From Longimicrobiales bacterium (lineage in GTDB: Bacteria > Gemmatimonadota > Gemmatimonadetes > Longimicrobiales > Gaopeijiaceae): 64,000 nucleotides of DNA. The translations under genes were made by a program, and so were the position numbers. Below, one piece after another: positions 11,653 to 20,807 of this stretch. Where the stretch lies: positions 3,104,001 to 3,168,000 of the forward strand of contig OZ220732.1 of the NCBI GenBank assembly GCA_965116905.1, read 5' to 3'. The notes beneath the pieces are model-generated. The model ran no database searches and was not told the origin of the DNA. It worked only from the letters and a program-made list of their open reading frames with translations. The stretch's first letter is position 1. Every line of letters begins with the position of its first letter.

Positions 11653-12956
11653 GTCTCCCCCAGCCCGATGCCGTGCTCGAACAGCGACTCGAGCGACCGC
11701 GTGTCCTGGGCGCCGGTCTCGAGATCGCGCACCGTCGCCGACGCGGATGCCGCCTCGTCCGGACCGATGATCACCGCGTACGCGGCACCGGCCCGATTGG
11801 CCTCCCTCAGCTGCTTGCCCAGTCCCCGGGACCGGAGCGAGTACATCACGCGGTGCCCGGATTCCCTCAGCCGGTGGCCAACGGACATGCCCAGGGCGCG
11901 AGCCTCGTCACCGACCCACACGATGTAGCAGTCACAGGTCCGTGCCGGCGCCGGCACCAGGCCGCGGTCGCGCAGAAGTTCGGCGAGCACCACGTCGCCC
12001 ATCCCGAATCCCACCGCCGGCAGCGGCTCGCCCCCGACCAGCTCCAGGAGCCGATCGTAGCGCCCGCCGCCGCAGATCGCGCGAAGCTCCCCTGCGCGGT
12101 CGAACAGTTCGAAAACGATCCCTGTGTAGTAGGCCAGACCCCGCACGACCGTGAAGTCGAACTGCACGTATCCGCCCAGCCCCATCGCGTCGAGGATGGC
12201 CCGGTACTCGTCCAGCGGCCGCATGGCCTCGAGCACCTCGGGCGCGCCCGCGAACCGCTCCTCCATGGATTCCCACGTACCGTCCGCGATCAGGCCGCCC
12301 AGCGCTTCCACCGCACTCCGGTCGAGGCCGAGGGCCCGCAAGTTCGCGTGCGTCGCCTTCGCCCCTGCCCGTCCCGCCTTGTCGATGACCGCGAGGCAAT
12401 CCGCGTGCCGGTCTGCATCGATCCCGACCGCAGTCAGCACGCGGGCGACGAGCCGCCTGTCGTTTACCCGGGCGACGAAGTCGTCCTCCTGCAGTCCGAG
12501 ACCCCGCACCGCGTCCACGGCGACGGCCAGGACCTCGGCGTCGGCGGCCACCCCGCTCTCGCCCACGATGTCCACGTTGAGCTGGAAGTGTTCTCTCAGG
12601 CGGCCGCGCTGGCTCCTCTCGTACCGGAACAGCTGGGGCAGCGAAAACCAGCGGATCGGCTTGGGCATCCCGCGGCTGCGTTCGGCCAGGATCCTGGCCA
12701 GCGTCGGCGTCATTTCGGGCCGGAGCGCCACCCGGCGCCCCCCCTTGTCATCGAAGTTGTAGAGCTGCCCCACGATCTCCTCGCCGCTCTTTTCGACATA
12801 GAGGCCCAGCGGCTCCAGCGGCGGCCCGTCGTACTCGCGAAAGCCGTAGCGCGTGGCAACCCGGCGCCACGTCTCGAAGACATGATTGCGGAGCGCGAGC
12901 TCTCCGGGTGCGAAATCACGGAAGCCGGGGAGCCGGGAGAAGGACTGGGGGGGCAT
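11649..12956 (-). CDS. hisS: Histidine--tRNA ligase
   Basis: Motifs LPGFRDF, ALRPEMTP, FRYERSQRGRLREHFQ, VRGLAYYTG and CGGGRYD. Confidence 0.96.
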   Translation of the reverse strand: MPPQSFSRLPGFRDFAPGELALRNHVFETWRRVATRYGFREYDGPPLEPLGLYVEKSGEEIVGQLYNFDDKGGRRVALRPEMTPTLARILAERSRGMPKPIRWFSLPQLFRYERSQRGRLREHFQLNVDIVGESGVAADAEVLAVAVDAVRGLGLQEDDFVARVNDRRLVARVLTAVGIDADRHADCLAVIDKAGRAGAKATHANLRALGLDRSAVEALGGLIADGTWESMEERFAGAPEVLEAMRPLDEYRAILDAMGLGGYVQFDFTVVRGLAYYTGIVFELFDRAGELRAICGGGRYDRLLELVGGEPLPAVGFGMGDVVLAELLRDRGLVPAPARTCDCYIVWVGDEARALGMSVGHRLRESGHRVMYSLRSRGLGKQLREANRAGAAYAVIIGPDEAASASATVRDLETGAQDTRSLESLFEHGIGLGET

Positions 12957-12964
12957 GGGTTGCG

Positions 12965-12992
12965 AATCTAATCGGCAAGGTCGGGAATTCAA
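12965..12992 (-). promoter_or_regulatory. Putative sigma70 promoter of hisS (near-leaderless)
   Basis: TTGAAT-N16-TAGATT-N8-ATG on the minus strand; no SD. Confidence 0.45.
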
Positions 12993-14332
12993 TCCTGAAC
13001 GCCCGGCGACAGGGGTTCGGCGGGGTCGTTTCCCCCGGCGAACGGATCGACCCCGAGTACCTCGAGAACGTCGCCCACGGTATGACACGAGCCGGTGACC
13101 ACCACCGTGCCGCCGCGCGAAAGCGTCTCCGCCCGCCCGACCGCGCGGGCCAGGTCCTCCTCGACCTCGATGGGCACGCCGCCCCGCACCAGCTTCGCCA
13201 CCGCGCGCGGGTTCCAGAGCCTGTTCCGGGGCGCCGAGCCGGGGATCGTGAAGACGACGCGATCCGCCAGGTCGACCAGGGGCGGCAGCATGCGCGACCA
13301 GTCCTTGTCCCCGAGTATTCCCGCCAGGACCACCAGGGGACGGGGGGGCGCGAGGTCCGCCAGCGTGCGCACGAGGGCGGCGACGGCAGCCCGGTTATGT
13401 GCGACGTCGAATACGAAGAGCCGTTCGCCGATCCGGTGAATCTGGCCCCGGCCGGGCCACCGCACTCCGGCAACGCCCTTGCGGACGGTGTCGGACGCAG
13501 GCGGCCGCTCGACGAGTTCCAGGGCCCGAATGGCAAGGGCGGCGTTGGTGGCCTGATGCGCTCCAGGCAGCGGGGTCTCGAGCTCCAGGTCACCCCAGCT
13601 GCGGGTGCGCAGCCTGAAACGCGTACCGCCGCGCCCGAGCCGCAGAGCGGACACGTCCCTCCATGGCTCGACCGCGTGGAATGGCGCCCCGACTACGCGC
13701 GCCCGCTCGCTGAGCACGCCCACCACGCCGGGACGTCCTTCGGCGGTCACCACAGGCACGCCGGGCTTGATGATTCCCGCCTTCTCGCGGGCGATGTCCA
13801 CAAGCGAATCCCCGAGGTATTCCTGGTGGTCCAGTGCGACGTTGGTGATGGCGGTGACCTCGGGTGTGATCACGTTGGTCGCGTCCAGGCGTCCGCCGAG
13901 GCCTACCTCGATGCTGGCGTATTCCACTTCGTCCTCGGCGAACATGACCAGCGCAAGAAGGGTGCAGGCCTCGAACAGGGACATGCCCAGCTCTCGCACG
14001 AGAGGCCTCACGCGGTGGGCGCCCTCCTCAAGGCGAGCAGCGCCGAGGGGGACGCCGTCGACCATGATGCGTTCCCGAAACGAGCGCAGGTGCGGAGACG
14101 TGTAGAGTCCGACCCGCGCCCCGCTTTCCTGTAACACGGAGGCCCAGGTCGATGCCACGGAACCCTTGCCGTTGGTGCCGCCGACATGCATGCAGCGGTA
14201 GCGGCGATGCGGGTTGCCCACCTCCGCGAGCGCGGCCTCCATGCGGGCGAGCCCCCACTCGACCGCGCTCGAGACCCCGGGGAAGAGCGAGTCCAGCGTT
14301 GGATCGCGGTGGTTCAGCCCCAGGGCCGCCAC
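12989..14332 (-). CDS. folC: Folylpolyglutamate synthase/dihydrofolate synthase
   Basis: Motifs HVGGTNGKGS, YTSPHL, EVGLGGRLDATNV, EKAGIIK, WPGR and DVAHN. Start approximate (GTG 14332). Confidence 0.93.
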   Translation of the reverse strand: MAALGLNHRDPTLDSLFPGVSSAVEWGLARMEAALAEVGNPHRRYRCMHVGGTNGKGSVASTWASVLQESGARVGLYTSPHLRSFRERIMVDGVPLGAARLEEGAHRVRPLVRELGMSLFEACTLLALVMFAEDEVEYASIEVGLGGRLDATNVITPEVTAITNVALDHQEYLGDSLVDIAREKAGIIKPGVPVVTAEGRPGVVGVLSERARVVGAPFHAVEPWRDVSALRLGRGGTRFRLRTRSWGDLELETPLPGAHQATNAALAIRALELVERPPASDTVRKGVAGVRWPGRGQIHRIGERLFVFDVAHNRAAVAALVRTLADLAPPRPLVVLAGILGDKDWSRMLPPLVDLADRVVFTIPGSAPRNRLWNPRAVAKLVRGGVPIEVEEDLARAVGRAETLSRGGTVVVTGSCHTVGDVLEVLGVDPFAGGNDPAEPLSPGVQD

Positions 14333-15171
14333 CCTTCGCGCATATGGCGGAGCAGTTGGGCGACCGCGCCCTTGAGTTCCCGCCGGTCGACCACGCGGTC
14401 CACCATCCCGTGCTCCTCCAGGAACTCGGCGCTCTGGAATCCGGGGGGCAGCGCCTGCTTGATGGTCTCGCCGATGACGCGGGGCCCCGCGAAGCCGATG
14501 AGGGCGCCGGGTTCGGCCAGGTTGACGTCGCCGAGCATGGCGTACGACGCGGTCACGCCTCCTGTCGTCGGGTCGGTGAGGACCGAGATGTACGGGAGGC
14601 CGCGCTCGTGGAGCCGCGCGAGCACCGCGGAGGTCTTCGCCATTTGCATGAGCGAGAAGATCCCTTCCATCATGCGCGCGCCACCGGATGCGCTGACGAC
14701 GACCAGCGGAAGATCTCCTTCCAGCGCGTCCCTGCCCGCACGGGCGATCTTCTCCCCGACGACGGACCCCATCGATCCCCCGATGAAGCTGAAGTCCATC
14801 ACCGCCAGCACGACCGGGATTCCCTCGATGCGACCCCGGCCGGTGATCACGGCTTCGTTGCGTCCCGTCTTCCGCCGGGCGGCCTCCAGCCGGCCCGGAT
14901 ACGGCTTGAGATCGGAGAATCCAAGAGGATCGCCGCTCGTCATCCCCTCGTTCGCCTCCTCGAAGGAACCGGGATCCGTCAGGACCTCGAGGTAGCGGCC
15001 CGCGGAGATGCGGAAGTGATTGCCGCATTCGGGACACACGCCAAGGTTCCGAGCGAGGCGCTCACCGTAGAGGATTTCCCCGCAGCCGTCGCACTTCTCG
15101 AACACGTCGGACGGCAGATCGCGGCGGTCCTCCGCGGTGAGCGGTTTCTTCTTCTTCTGGAACCAGGCCAA
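14314..15171 (-). CDS. accD: Acetyl-CoA carboxylase carboxyltransferase beta subunit
   Basis: Zn finger CDGC...CPEC; motifs FIGGSMGSVVGEK, SGGARMMEG, PTTGGVTAS and FAGPRVI. TTG start. Confidence 0.96.
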   Translation of the reverse strand: MAWFQKKKKPLTAEDRRDLPSDVFEKCDGCGEILYGERLARNLGVCPECGNHFRISAGRYLEVLTDPGSFEEANEGMTSGDPLGFSDLKPYPGRLEAARRKTGRNEAVITGRGRIEGIPVVLAVMDFSFIGGSMGSVVGEKIARAGRDALEGDLPLVVVSASGGARMMEGIFSLMQMAKTSAVLARLHERGLPYISVLTDPTTGGVTASYAMLGDVNLAEPGALIGFAGPRVIGETIKQALPPGFQSAEFLEEHGMVDRVVDRRELKGAVAQLLRHMREGWRPWG

Positions 15172-15207
15172 AGCTGGAGGCCTCGCGTCGGTGGGGCGTT
15201 TCCTGGG

Positions 15208-16446
15208 TCAGGGATCTTCGCTCGCAAGGGCCACGGCAATCGCCGCAGCCGTCCACGACATCAACAGGAACGATCCTCCGTAGCTGATGAACGGAAGAGG
15301 AATCCCGGTGATGGGGACGACGCCAATGGTCATCCCCACGTTGACAAACACATGTGTAAGCCAGATGCCCATAATACCGAAGATGAACAGTCCGGCAAAG
15401 GGGGCGCTGGCGGTTTCCGCCATCCGGATCATGCGAAGGAAGAGATGGCAGAACAGCAGGAGCGTGAGCGACGTGCCCACGAAGCCCAATTCCTCGCCGA
15501 CGACGCTGAAAATGAAATCGGTGTGCTGCTCCGGGAGAAAGGCCAGTCGCTTCTGCGTACCCGCGGTGAAGCCCTTTCCCATCAGTCCGCCGCTCCCCAC
15601 TGCCACCTTCGACTGGATGAGCTGCCAGCCGGCGTTGCGCGGGTCGAGACTGGGGTCGAGGAAGACTAGCAGGCGGTTGCGCTGATACTGAGCCAGCGAA
15701 TTCCACAGCGGCTGCGCCACCGCGCCCGCGGCGACATTGCCCAGAATCACCGTCACCGACTCCACCAGATAGAGACGGAACCTGTAGAGATAGAGCGCGG
15801 CCGCGAGCAGTATGATGTACACCGACCAGACGCCGGCGCTGAACGCCAGAAGGAGGCCGAGCCCGGGAGACGCGGCAAACAGGATCAGGGGCCAGGGCGT
15901 CCCGGCCCAGTAGATGATCGCAAAGAACATCCCGACGAACGCCAGCGCGGTACCCAGGTCCGGCTGAAGGAGAACGAGTACCAGCGGCACGGCAACGAGC
16001 AGCGCGGGCGTAAGGAGGTCTCGCAGGTACCTCGGCGGTTCTTCGCGGCGGGCCAGCAACAGGGCGAGGGCCAGCGCCGTGGTCACCTTCGCCGCCTCGG
16101 CCGGCTGGAAGCGGAACCCTGCAATCGACAGGAAGCTGTTGACGCCCTCTGCGGTGCCCGCGCCCGTGCCCGCGACCAGCGTGACCGCAAGGACGGCGAC
16201 GCCGACGATGTACACGGGCATCGCGAACCACTCGAACCACCGCAGGGGCACTCGCGACAGGATCAGCAGCCCGACGACCGACGCGGCGAGGATGACTGCC
16301 TGGCGCAGCCAGAGGCCTTGTGTGGCCGGACTGGCAACCTCCAGCACACCGGCGGAATAGATCATGGCCACGCCGAACAGCGAGAGGACGAGGACCGCGG
16401 CGGTAAACGGGAGTTGCCGCAGCCACGCCGGCTTCGCCCCGGTCAT
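15208..16446 (-). CDS. rodA: Rod shape-determining protein RodA (SEDS family)
   Basis: Motifs FQPAEAAK, LQPDLGT, FLPEQHTDFIF and PITGIPLPFISYGGS; ATGA overlap with mrdA. Confidence 0.95.
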   Translation of the reverse strand: MTGAKPAWLRQLPFTAAVLVLSLFGVAMIYSAGVLEVASPATQGLWLRQAVILAASVVGLLILSRVPLRWFEWFAMPVYIVGVAVLAVTLVAGTGAGTAEGVNSFLSIAGFRFQPAEAAKVTTALALALLLARREEPPRYLRDLLTPALLVAVPLVLVLLQPDLGTALAFVGMFFAIIYWAGTPWPLILFAASPGLGLLLAFSAGVWSVYIILLAAALYLYRFRLYLVESVTVILGNVAAGAVAQPLWNSLAQYQRNRLLVFLDPSLDPRNAGWQLIQSKVAVGSGGLMGKGFTAGTQKRLAFLPEQHTDFIFSVVGEELGFVGTSLTLLLFCHLFLRMIRMAETASAPFAGLFIFGIMGIWLTHVFVNVGMTIGVVPITGIPLPFISYGGSFLLMSWTAAAIAVALASEDP

Positions 16447-18284
16447 CCCGGTCCCCGCCGGGCCGCCCACGCCGCATTGCGTCCTGCGACCAGGTAGTCC
16501 CTCAGCGTCTGGACGGTATCGCGCGGTATGCCATGCTGGCCGCGCAGGTAGAAATCGGCCGCCTTGGCGACCAGGGGCGCGGCGACGGCCGACCCGCTGC
16601 CCCCGAATTCGACCATCGCCACGAGCACGATCTCGGGCGGACCGCCGAATCGCCCGGCGATGCCGGTAAACCAGGCGTGCTCCGGCTCCTCTCCGCCGTG
16701 TTCGACCGTGCCCGTCTTGCCCAGGAGGTCGAAGTGTTCGAGGGAAGACAGGTGCGCCGTGCCCCCGGGCTGCATGACCCTGCGCATCCCCTCACGGATT
16801 TCCTCCAGATGCTCCGGCCGGATGTCGAGGCGCCATCCCTCTGCCGGCGCGGCTTCCCGGTAGAGAGCGGGAGCCGGCGCCGACCCGTCCCTCGCGATCG
16901 CAAGCAGGAACTGGGCCATCTTGAGGGGGGTCTGATCGTTGGGTCCCTGTCCGATGGCGAGGCTCAGCACCTCGCCCTCCTGCGCCCGATAGCCGAAGCG
17001 CCGCTCCCAGAAATCGACGCTCTCCGGAAAGATCCCCCCCGCCTCTTGCGGCAGGTCGATACCGCACTGGTTGCCGAAGCCCATGCGGTTGCCCACTCCG
17101 AGCATCCTCGTGAGACCGATTCGGAGCCCCAGCTGATAGAAATAGACATTGCACGAGTGCTGGATGGCGCCGGACAGATCGAGGGACCCGTGTCCCTCGG
17201 AGTCCCAGCAGCGGGCCACGCGGTTGCCGTACACGTATGATCCCCGACACGGAACCGGCATGTGCTCGTCCGGGGTCACCACCCCGAGGTCGAGCGCGAT
17301 CGCGGCGGTGACAAGCTTCCAGGGCGACCCCGGGGCGTAGGTCCCCATCACGGCCCGGTGATAGAGCGGGCTCTCGCGGTTGCCGACGAGCCGGCTCCAC
17401 TCGTCGGCATCGACCACCCCCGCAAAAACGTTGGGATCGAAGGCCGGTGCCGAGTAGAGCGCCAGGACTCCGCCCGTCTCGACGTCGAGGGCCACGACGG
17501 CGCCGTTCATGCCCTCGGGGAACGTCCGGTGAATCCACTCCATGAGTTCCAGGTCGAGATTGAGGTCGATATCCTCGCCCGGTACTTCGGCCACACCCCG
17601 CACGCCACCAAACGATCCGACAATCCTCCCCGCTGCGTCCACCTCCACGTAGCGTGTCCCCGCCCGACCCCGAAGCAGCGACTCATAGTGCGACTCGACG
17701 CCCGACCGGCCCACGATCCATCCAGGCTCGGCATCCTCGAACCCGGGGCTTCCCAGTTCCGTCTCGTTGATCTCCCCGACGTACCCGACCACATGCGCCC
17801 CCAGTTGCCCCGCGGGATAGCGCCGCTTGGGACGAGGTTCGATCAGCAGACGCGGAAAGCCCGAGCGCCGCTCCTCGAGCGCGGCCACGGCGTCGAATCG
17901 TGCGTCGCCCGTGACCAGCAGCGGCCGCGGACTCCCGGCCTGGATCTGTTGGGACAGAGATTCAAAACGTTCGGCGCGGACGTCCAGATGCTCCCGCAGC
18001 CGCCGCAATGTCGAGAACATCGAATCCGGCTGATCCGGGACGATGGAGACGGAGTACCCGGGGATGTTCTCCGCCAGCACCCTCCCGTCGCGATCGCGGA
18101 TGATCCCGCGGGGGGCTGGAACGGTCAGCGGCCGCAATCGATTCCGCTCGGACTGCAGGAGCCAGTCCGTGGCGCGCAGGACCTGGGCCCGGAAGAGGAC
18201 GCCGGCAAGGATTCCCAGGAGGACCACGACCCCGATGCGCGCGCGGTTCGCCAGGGCGGAGTGACGGTGACGGGGGCGACTCAT
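16443..18284 (-). CDS. mrdA: Penicillin-binding protein 2
   Basis: Motifs PAPRGIIRDRDG, SxxK (GSPWK), SCN and KTG; located in the mreBCD-rodA operon. Confidence 0.95.
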   Translation of the reverse strand: MSRPRHRHSALANRARIGVVVLLGILAGVLFRAQVLRATDWLLQSERNRLRPLTVPAPRGIIRDRDGRVLAENIPGYSVSIVPDQPDSMFSTLRRLREHLDVRAERFESLSQQIQAGSPRPLLVTGDARFDAVAALEERRSGFPRLLIEPRPKRRYPAGQLGAHVVGYVGEINETELGSPGFEDAEPGWIVGRSGVESHYESLLRGRAGTRYVEVDAAGRIVGSFGGVRGVAEVPGEDIDLNLDLELMEWIHRTFPEGMNGAVVALDVETGGVLALYSAPAFDPNVFAGVVDADEWSRLVGNRESPLYHRAVMGTYAPGSPWKLVTAAIALDLGVVTPDEHMPVPCRGSYVYGNRVARCWDSEGHGSLDLSGAIQHSCNVYFYQLGLRIGLTRMLGVGNRMGFGNQCGIDLPQEAGGIFPESVDFWERRFGYRAQEGEVLSLAIGQGPNDQTPLKMAQFLLAIARDGSAPAPALYREAAPAEGWRLDIRPEHLEEIREGMRRVMQPGGTAHLSSLEHFDLLGKTGTVEHGGEEPEHAWFTGIAGRFGGPPEIVLVAMVEFGGSGSAVAAPLVAKAADFYLRGQHGIPRDTVQTLRDYLVAGRNAAWAARRGPG

Positions 18285-18754
18285 GACCTCGTTCCGCCGC
18301 GCATGAACAACAGCCACAGCACGATCCCGACCGACGCGGCGTACAGGGAAAGGAGCCCGGATTCCACAACGAAGCGCTGGTCGAGGTCCGGCCGCACGGC
18401 CGAGTCCGTCACCGCCCACACCAGCGCCTGCCGAACCCAGGCGCCCAGAAGGAAGAAGGTGACCAGAAAGCTCTTCGAATCGCCGACGAACAGGTCGCGG
18501 GACTTCGCTCCCGCGATGCCGAGCATCGTCATGGTCAGGACATTCGATCCGAATGTAGTCATCGAATAGGCGTCCTCAACCAGTCCCAGCAGCATGCCGA
18601 GCGCACCGGCCGAGCGGACATTCATCGACCGGCTGGCCAGCAGAAGCGCCACGACGAAGAAGTCGGGGGCTGTCTTGCCGAAGCCCAGGGCCACATGGAG
18701 CATGAGGTGCAGCAGGATCAGGCCCACCGTCAGGACCACGATCCGAATGGTCAA
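18281..18754 (-). CDS. mreD: Rod shape-determining protein MreD
   Basis: Hydrophobic 157-aa protein with APD and GLVED; between mreC and mrdA with 4-bp overlaps. Confidence 0.85.
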   Translation of the reverse strand: MTIRIVVLTVGLILLHLMLHVALGFGKTAPDFFVVALLLASRSMNVRSAGALGMLLGLVEDAYSMTTFGSNVLTMTMLGIAGAKSRDLFVGDSKSFLVTFFLLGAWVRQALVWAVTDSAVRPDLDQRFVVESGLLSLYAASVGIVLWLLFMRGGTRS

Positions 18755-19620
18755 TTGACGCGATCCGGTGGCGCGGCAACGGGGGTGTCCACGTCGACCG
18801 CGATCAGGCTCCTGTCCATCCCCATGTCGACGACAGCGTGCGTCGCCTCGCCCGGGTACACGGAGGGGATCACGTAGTAGCTCTTGCTCCAGCCCGCCGA
18901 AGTTTCGGCAACCCCGGACAGACGGCCGATCCGAATGCCCCTGGGAAACGCTCCGCCCCGCCCGGAGGTGACCAGCTCGGCACCGTCGGGCAGGTCCGAC
19001 AGAAAGGACGCACCCCGCAACACCAGCCGATCCTGGGCTCTGAACTCCCCGCGGGCCGCCTCGATGATGCCATGCTCCTGACCGTCAACCGTCATGGCCG
19101 AAACGCGAAAATCCGGGTGCGACCAGTCGTAGGCCAGGGCGTAGCCGGGGAACACCTCCTGGACCTGACCGAGCAGTCCGCCTTCGGTGACCACCGCGTT
19201 GAAGGGGCGGATGCCCAGGTCCTCGCCGGCGTCGATGTGAAAAACGCTCTCCGAGCCGGAGGTGCCGGTGCGGACGACCGTGACCGCCACGAAGCGACTC
19301 GGCATCCGCGCCCGCAGCGACAGCACGCCGCGCAGCTGCCTGTTCTCTTCCGCGAGGGTGCGCTGACGGGCAATCAGCGCCATCGACGAGTCCATCTGGG
19401 CCCGCAACACATCGAAGTCGCGTGCGCGCGCCTCCGCCCGCGTGATCATGCCGTTGACCGCGATGAACGGGCTCAGGAGCATCTGCCGAACGGAGTGCGC
19501 AAGGGACCGCTGCGCGGCCTCGGGCAGGTTGAGCAGGATCAGGGAGGTCAGTACGAGCCCGATGATCACGGGGAAGTCGCGCTTGCTCCCTGCCCGGCTC
19601 CTGTTCGACTGACCAGCCAA
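18751..19620 (-). CDS. mreC: Rod shape-determining protein MreC
   Basis: N-terminal TM, EENRQLR coiled coil, GLLGQV and LVTSGRGGAFPRGIRIG. Confidence 0.92.
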   Translation of the reverse strand: MAGQSNRSRAGSKRDFPVIIGLVLTSLILLNLPEAAQRSLAHSVRQMLLSPFIAVNGMITRAEARARDFDVLRAQMDSSMALIARQRTLAEENRQLRGVLSLRARMPSRFVAVTVVRTGTSGSESVFHIDAGEDLGIRPFNAVVTEGGLLGQVQEVFPGYALAYDWSHPDFRVSAMTVDGQEHGIIEAARGEFRAQDRLVLRGASFLSDLPDGAELVTSGRGGAFPRGIRIGRLSGVAETSAGWSKSYYVIPSVYPGEATHAVVDMGMDRSLIAVDVDTPVAAPPDRVN

Positions 19621-19675
19621 CGCTCGTTCTTTCCTCCCATCGGCGGATCGCCCGCCTTACGTCCCGCCGGAGGTT

Positions 19676-20719
19676 CTAGGTTGTGAGGACGGACCGGTAC
19701 TTGGAGAATTCGTCGAGGATCCTGCCGGAACCCCGCACCACGCACGTCATGGGCTCCTCGTCGACGTGGATCGGGAGGTTGGTCTCCAGGGCGATCAGCC
19801 TGTCGAGGCCGCGGATGAGAGCCCCGCCGCCGGTCATGACGATCCCGTAGTCCACAATGTCGGATGCCAGTTCGGGCGGCGTGATCTCCAGCGCCGACCG
19901 GACCGCCTCGACGATCGAGCGCAGCGGCTCCTGAATGCACTCCCGGATCTCCTGGGAGTGGATGAGCACCATCTTCGGGATGCCCGACACGAGATCCCTC
20001 CCCTTGACCTCCATCTCCCGCTCGCCGTCCGTCTCGATCGCCGAACCGATCTGCATCTTGATCGCCTCGGCGGTCGGTTCACCGATCAACAGGTTGTAGT
20101 TCTTCCGGAGGAAGGCGACGATCGACTGATCCAGCTCGTCGCCACCGATCCGAATCGATGTATCGGCGACAATCCCTGAAAGCGCGATTACCGCGATCTC
20201 GGTCGTCCCGCCCCCGATATCGATCACCATGTTCCCCCGCGGGGTCTCGATCGGGAGTCCGACGCCGATGGCCGCGGCCATGGGCTCCGCCACCATGTAC
20301 ACTTCGTTCGCCCCGGCCGCCTGAGCGGAGGAACGCACCGCCCTGCGTTCGAGCTCGGTGATTCCCGACGGCACGCCCACCACGACCCGGGGCTTGATTC
20401 GGAAGATCCGCTTCGACATGACCTGCTTCAGGAAATGGCGAAGCATGAGTTCCGTCACGTCCACATCGGCGATGACGCCATCCTTCAGCGGCCGGACGGC
20501 CTCGATCCCTTCGGGCGTGCGACCGAGCATTCGCTTGGCCTCGAGACCCACGCTCATGATCCGCTTGGTCCCGCGTTCCACGGCAACGACCGAGGGCTCG
20601 CTCAGCACGACGCCTTCCCCGCGGACGCACACGAGCGTATTGGCCGTCCCCAGGTCCACACCGATATCGCTCGTCGGGACCAACCGCTTCGAACTGAACC
20701 AACTGGAGATTGGGGGCAA
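19676..20719 (-). CDS. mreB: Rod shape-determining protein MreB
   Basis: Motifs DLGTANT, EPSVVA, RPLKDGVIAD, EPMAAAIG, DIGGGTTE and MTGGGAL. Confidence 0.97.
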   Translation of the reverse strand: MPPISSWFSSKRLVPTSDIGVDLGTANTLVCVRGEGVVLSEPSVVAVERGTKRIMSVGLEAKRMLGRTPEGIEAVRPLKDGVIADVDVTELMLRHFLKQVMSKRIFRIKPRVVVGVPSGITELERRAVRSSAQAAGANEVYMVAEPMAAAIGVGLPIETPRGNMVIDIGGGTTEIAVIALSGIVADTSIRIGGDELDQSIVAFLRKNYNLLIGEPTAEAIKMQIGSAIETDGEREMEVKGRDLVSGIPKMVLIHSQEIRECIQEPLRSIVEAVRSALEITPPELASDIVDYGIVMTGGGALIRGLDRLIALETNLPIHVDEEPMTCVVRGSGRILDEFSKYRSVLTT

Positions 20720-20807
20720 AGGTCAAGGCGGCCGAAGCGGCTCCGGTATTGGGGAGTTTGCCTCCGCAGAGAGTGGGACCTGATCTAAAACTATCGAAAT
20801 TCCGCGC

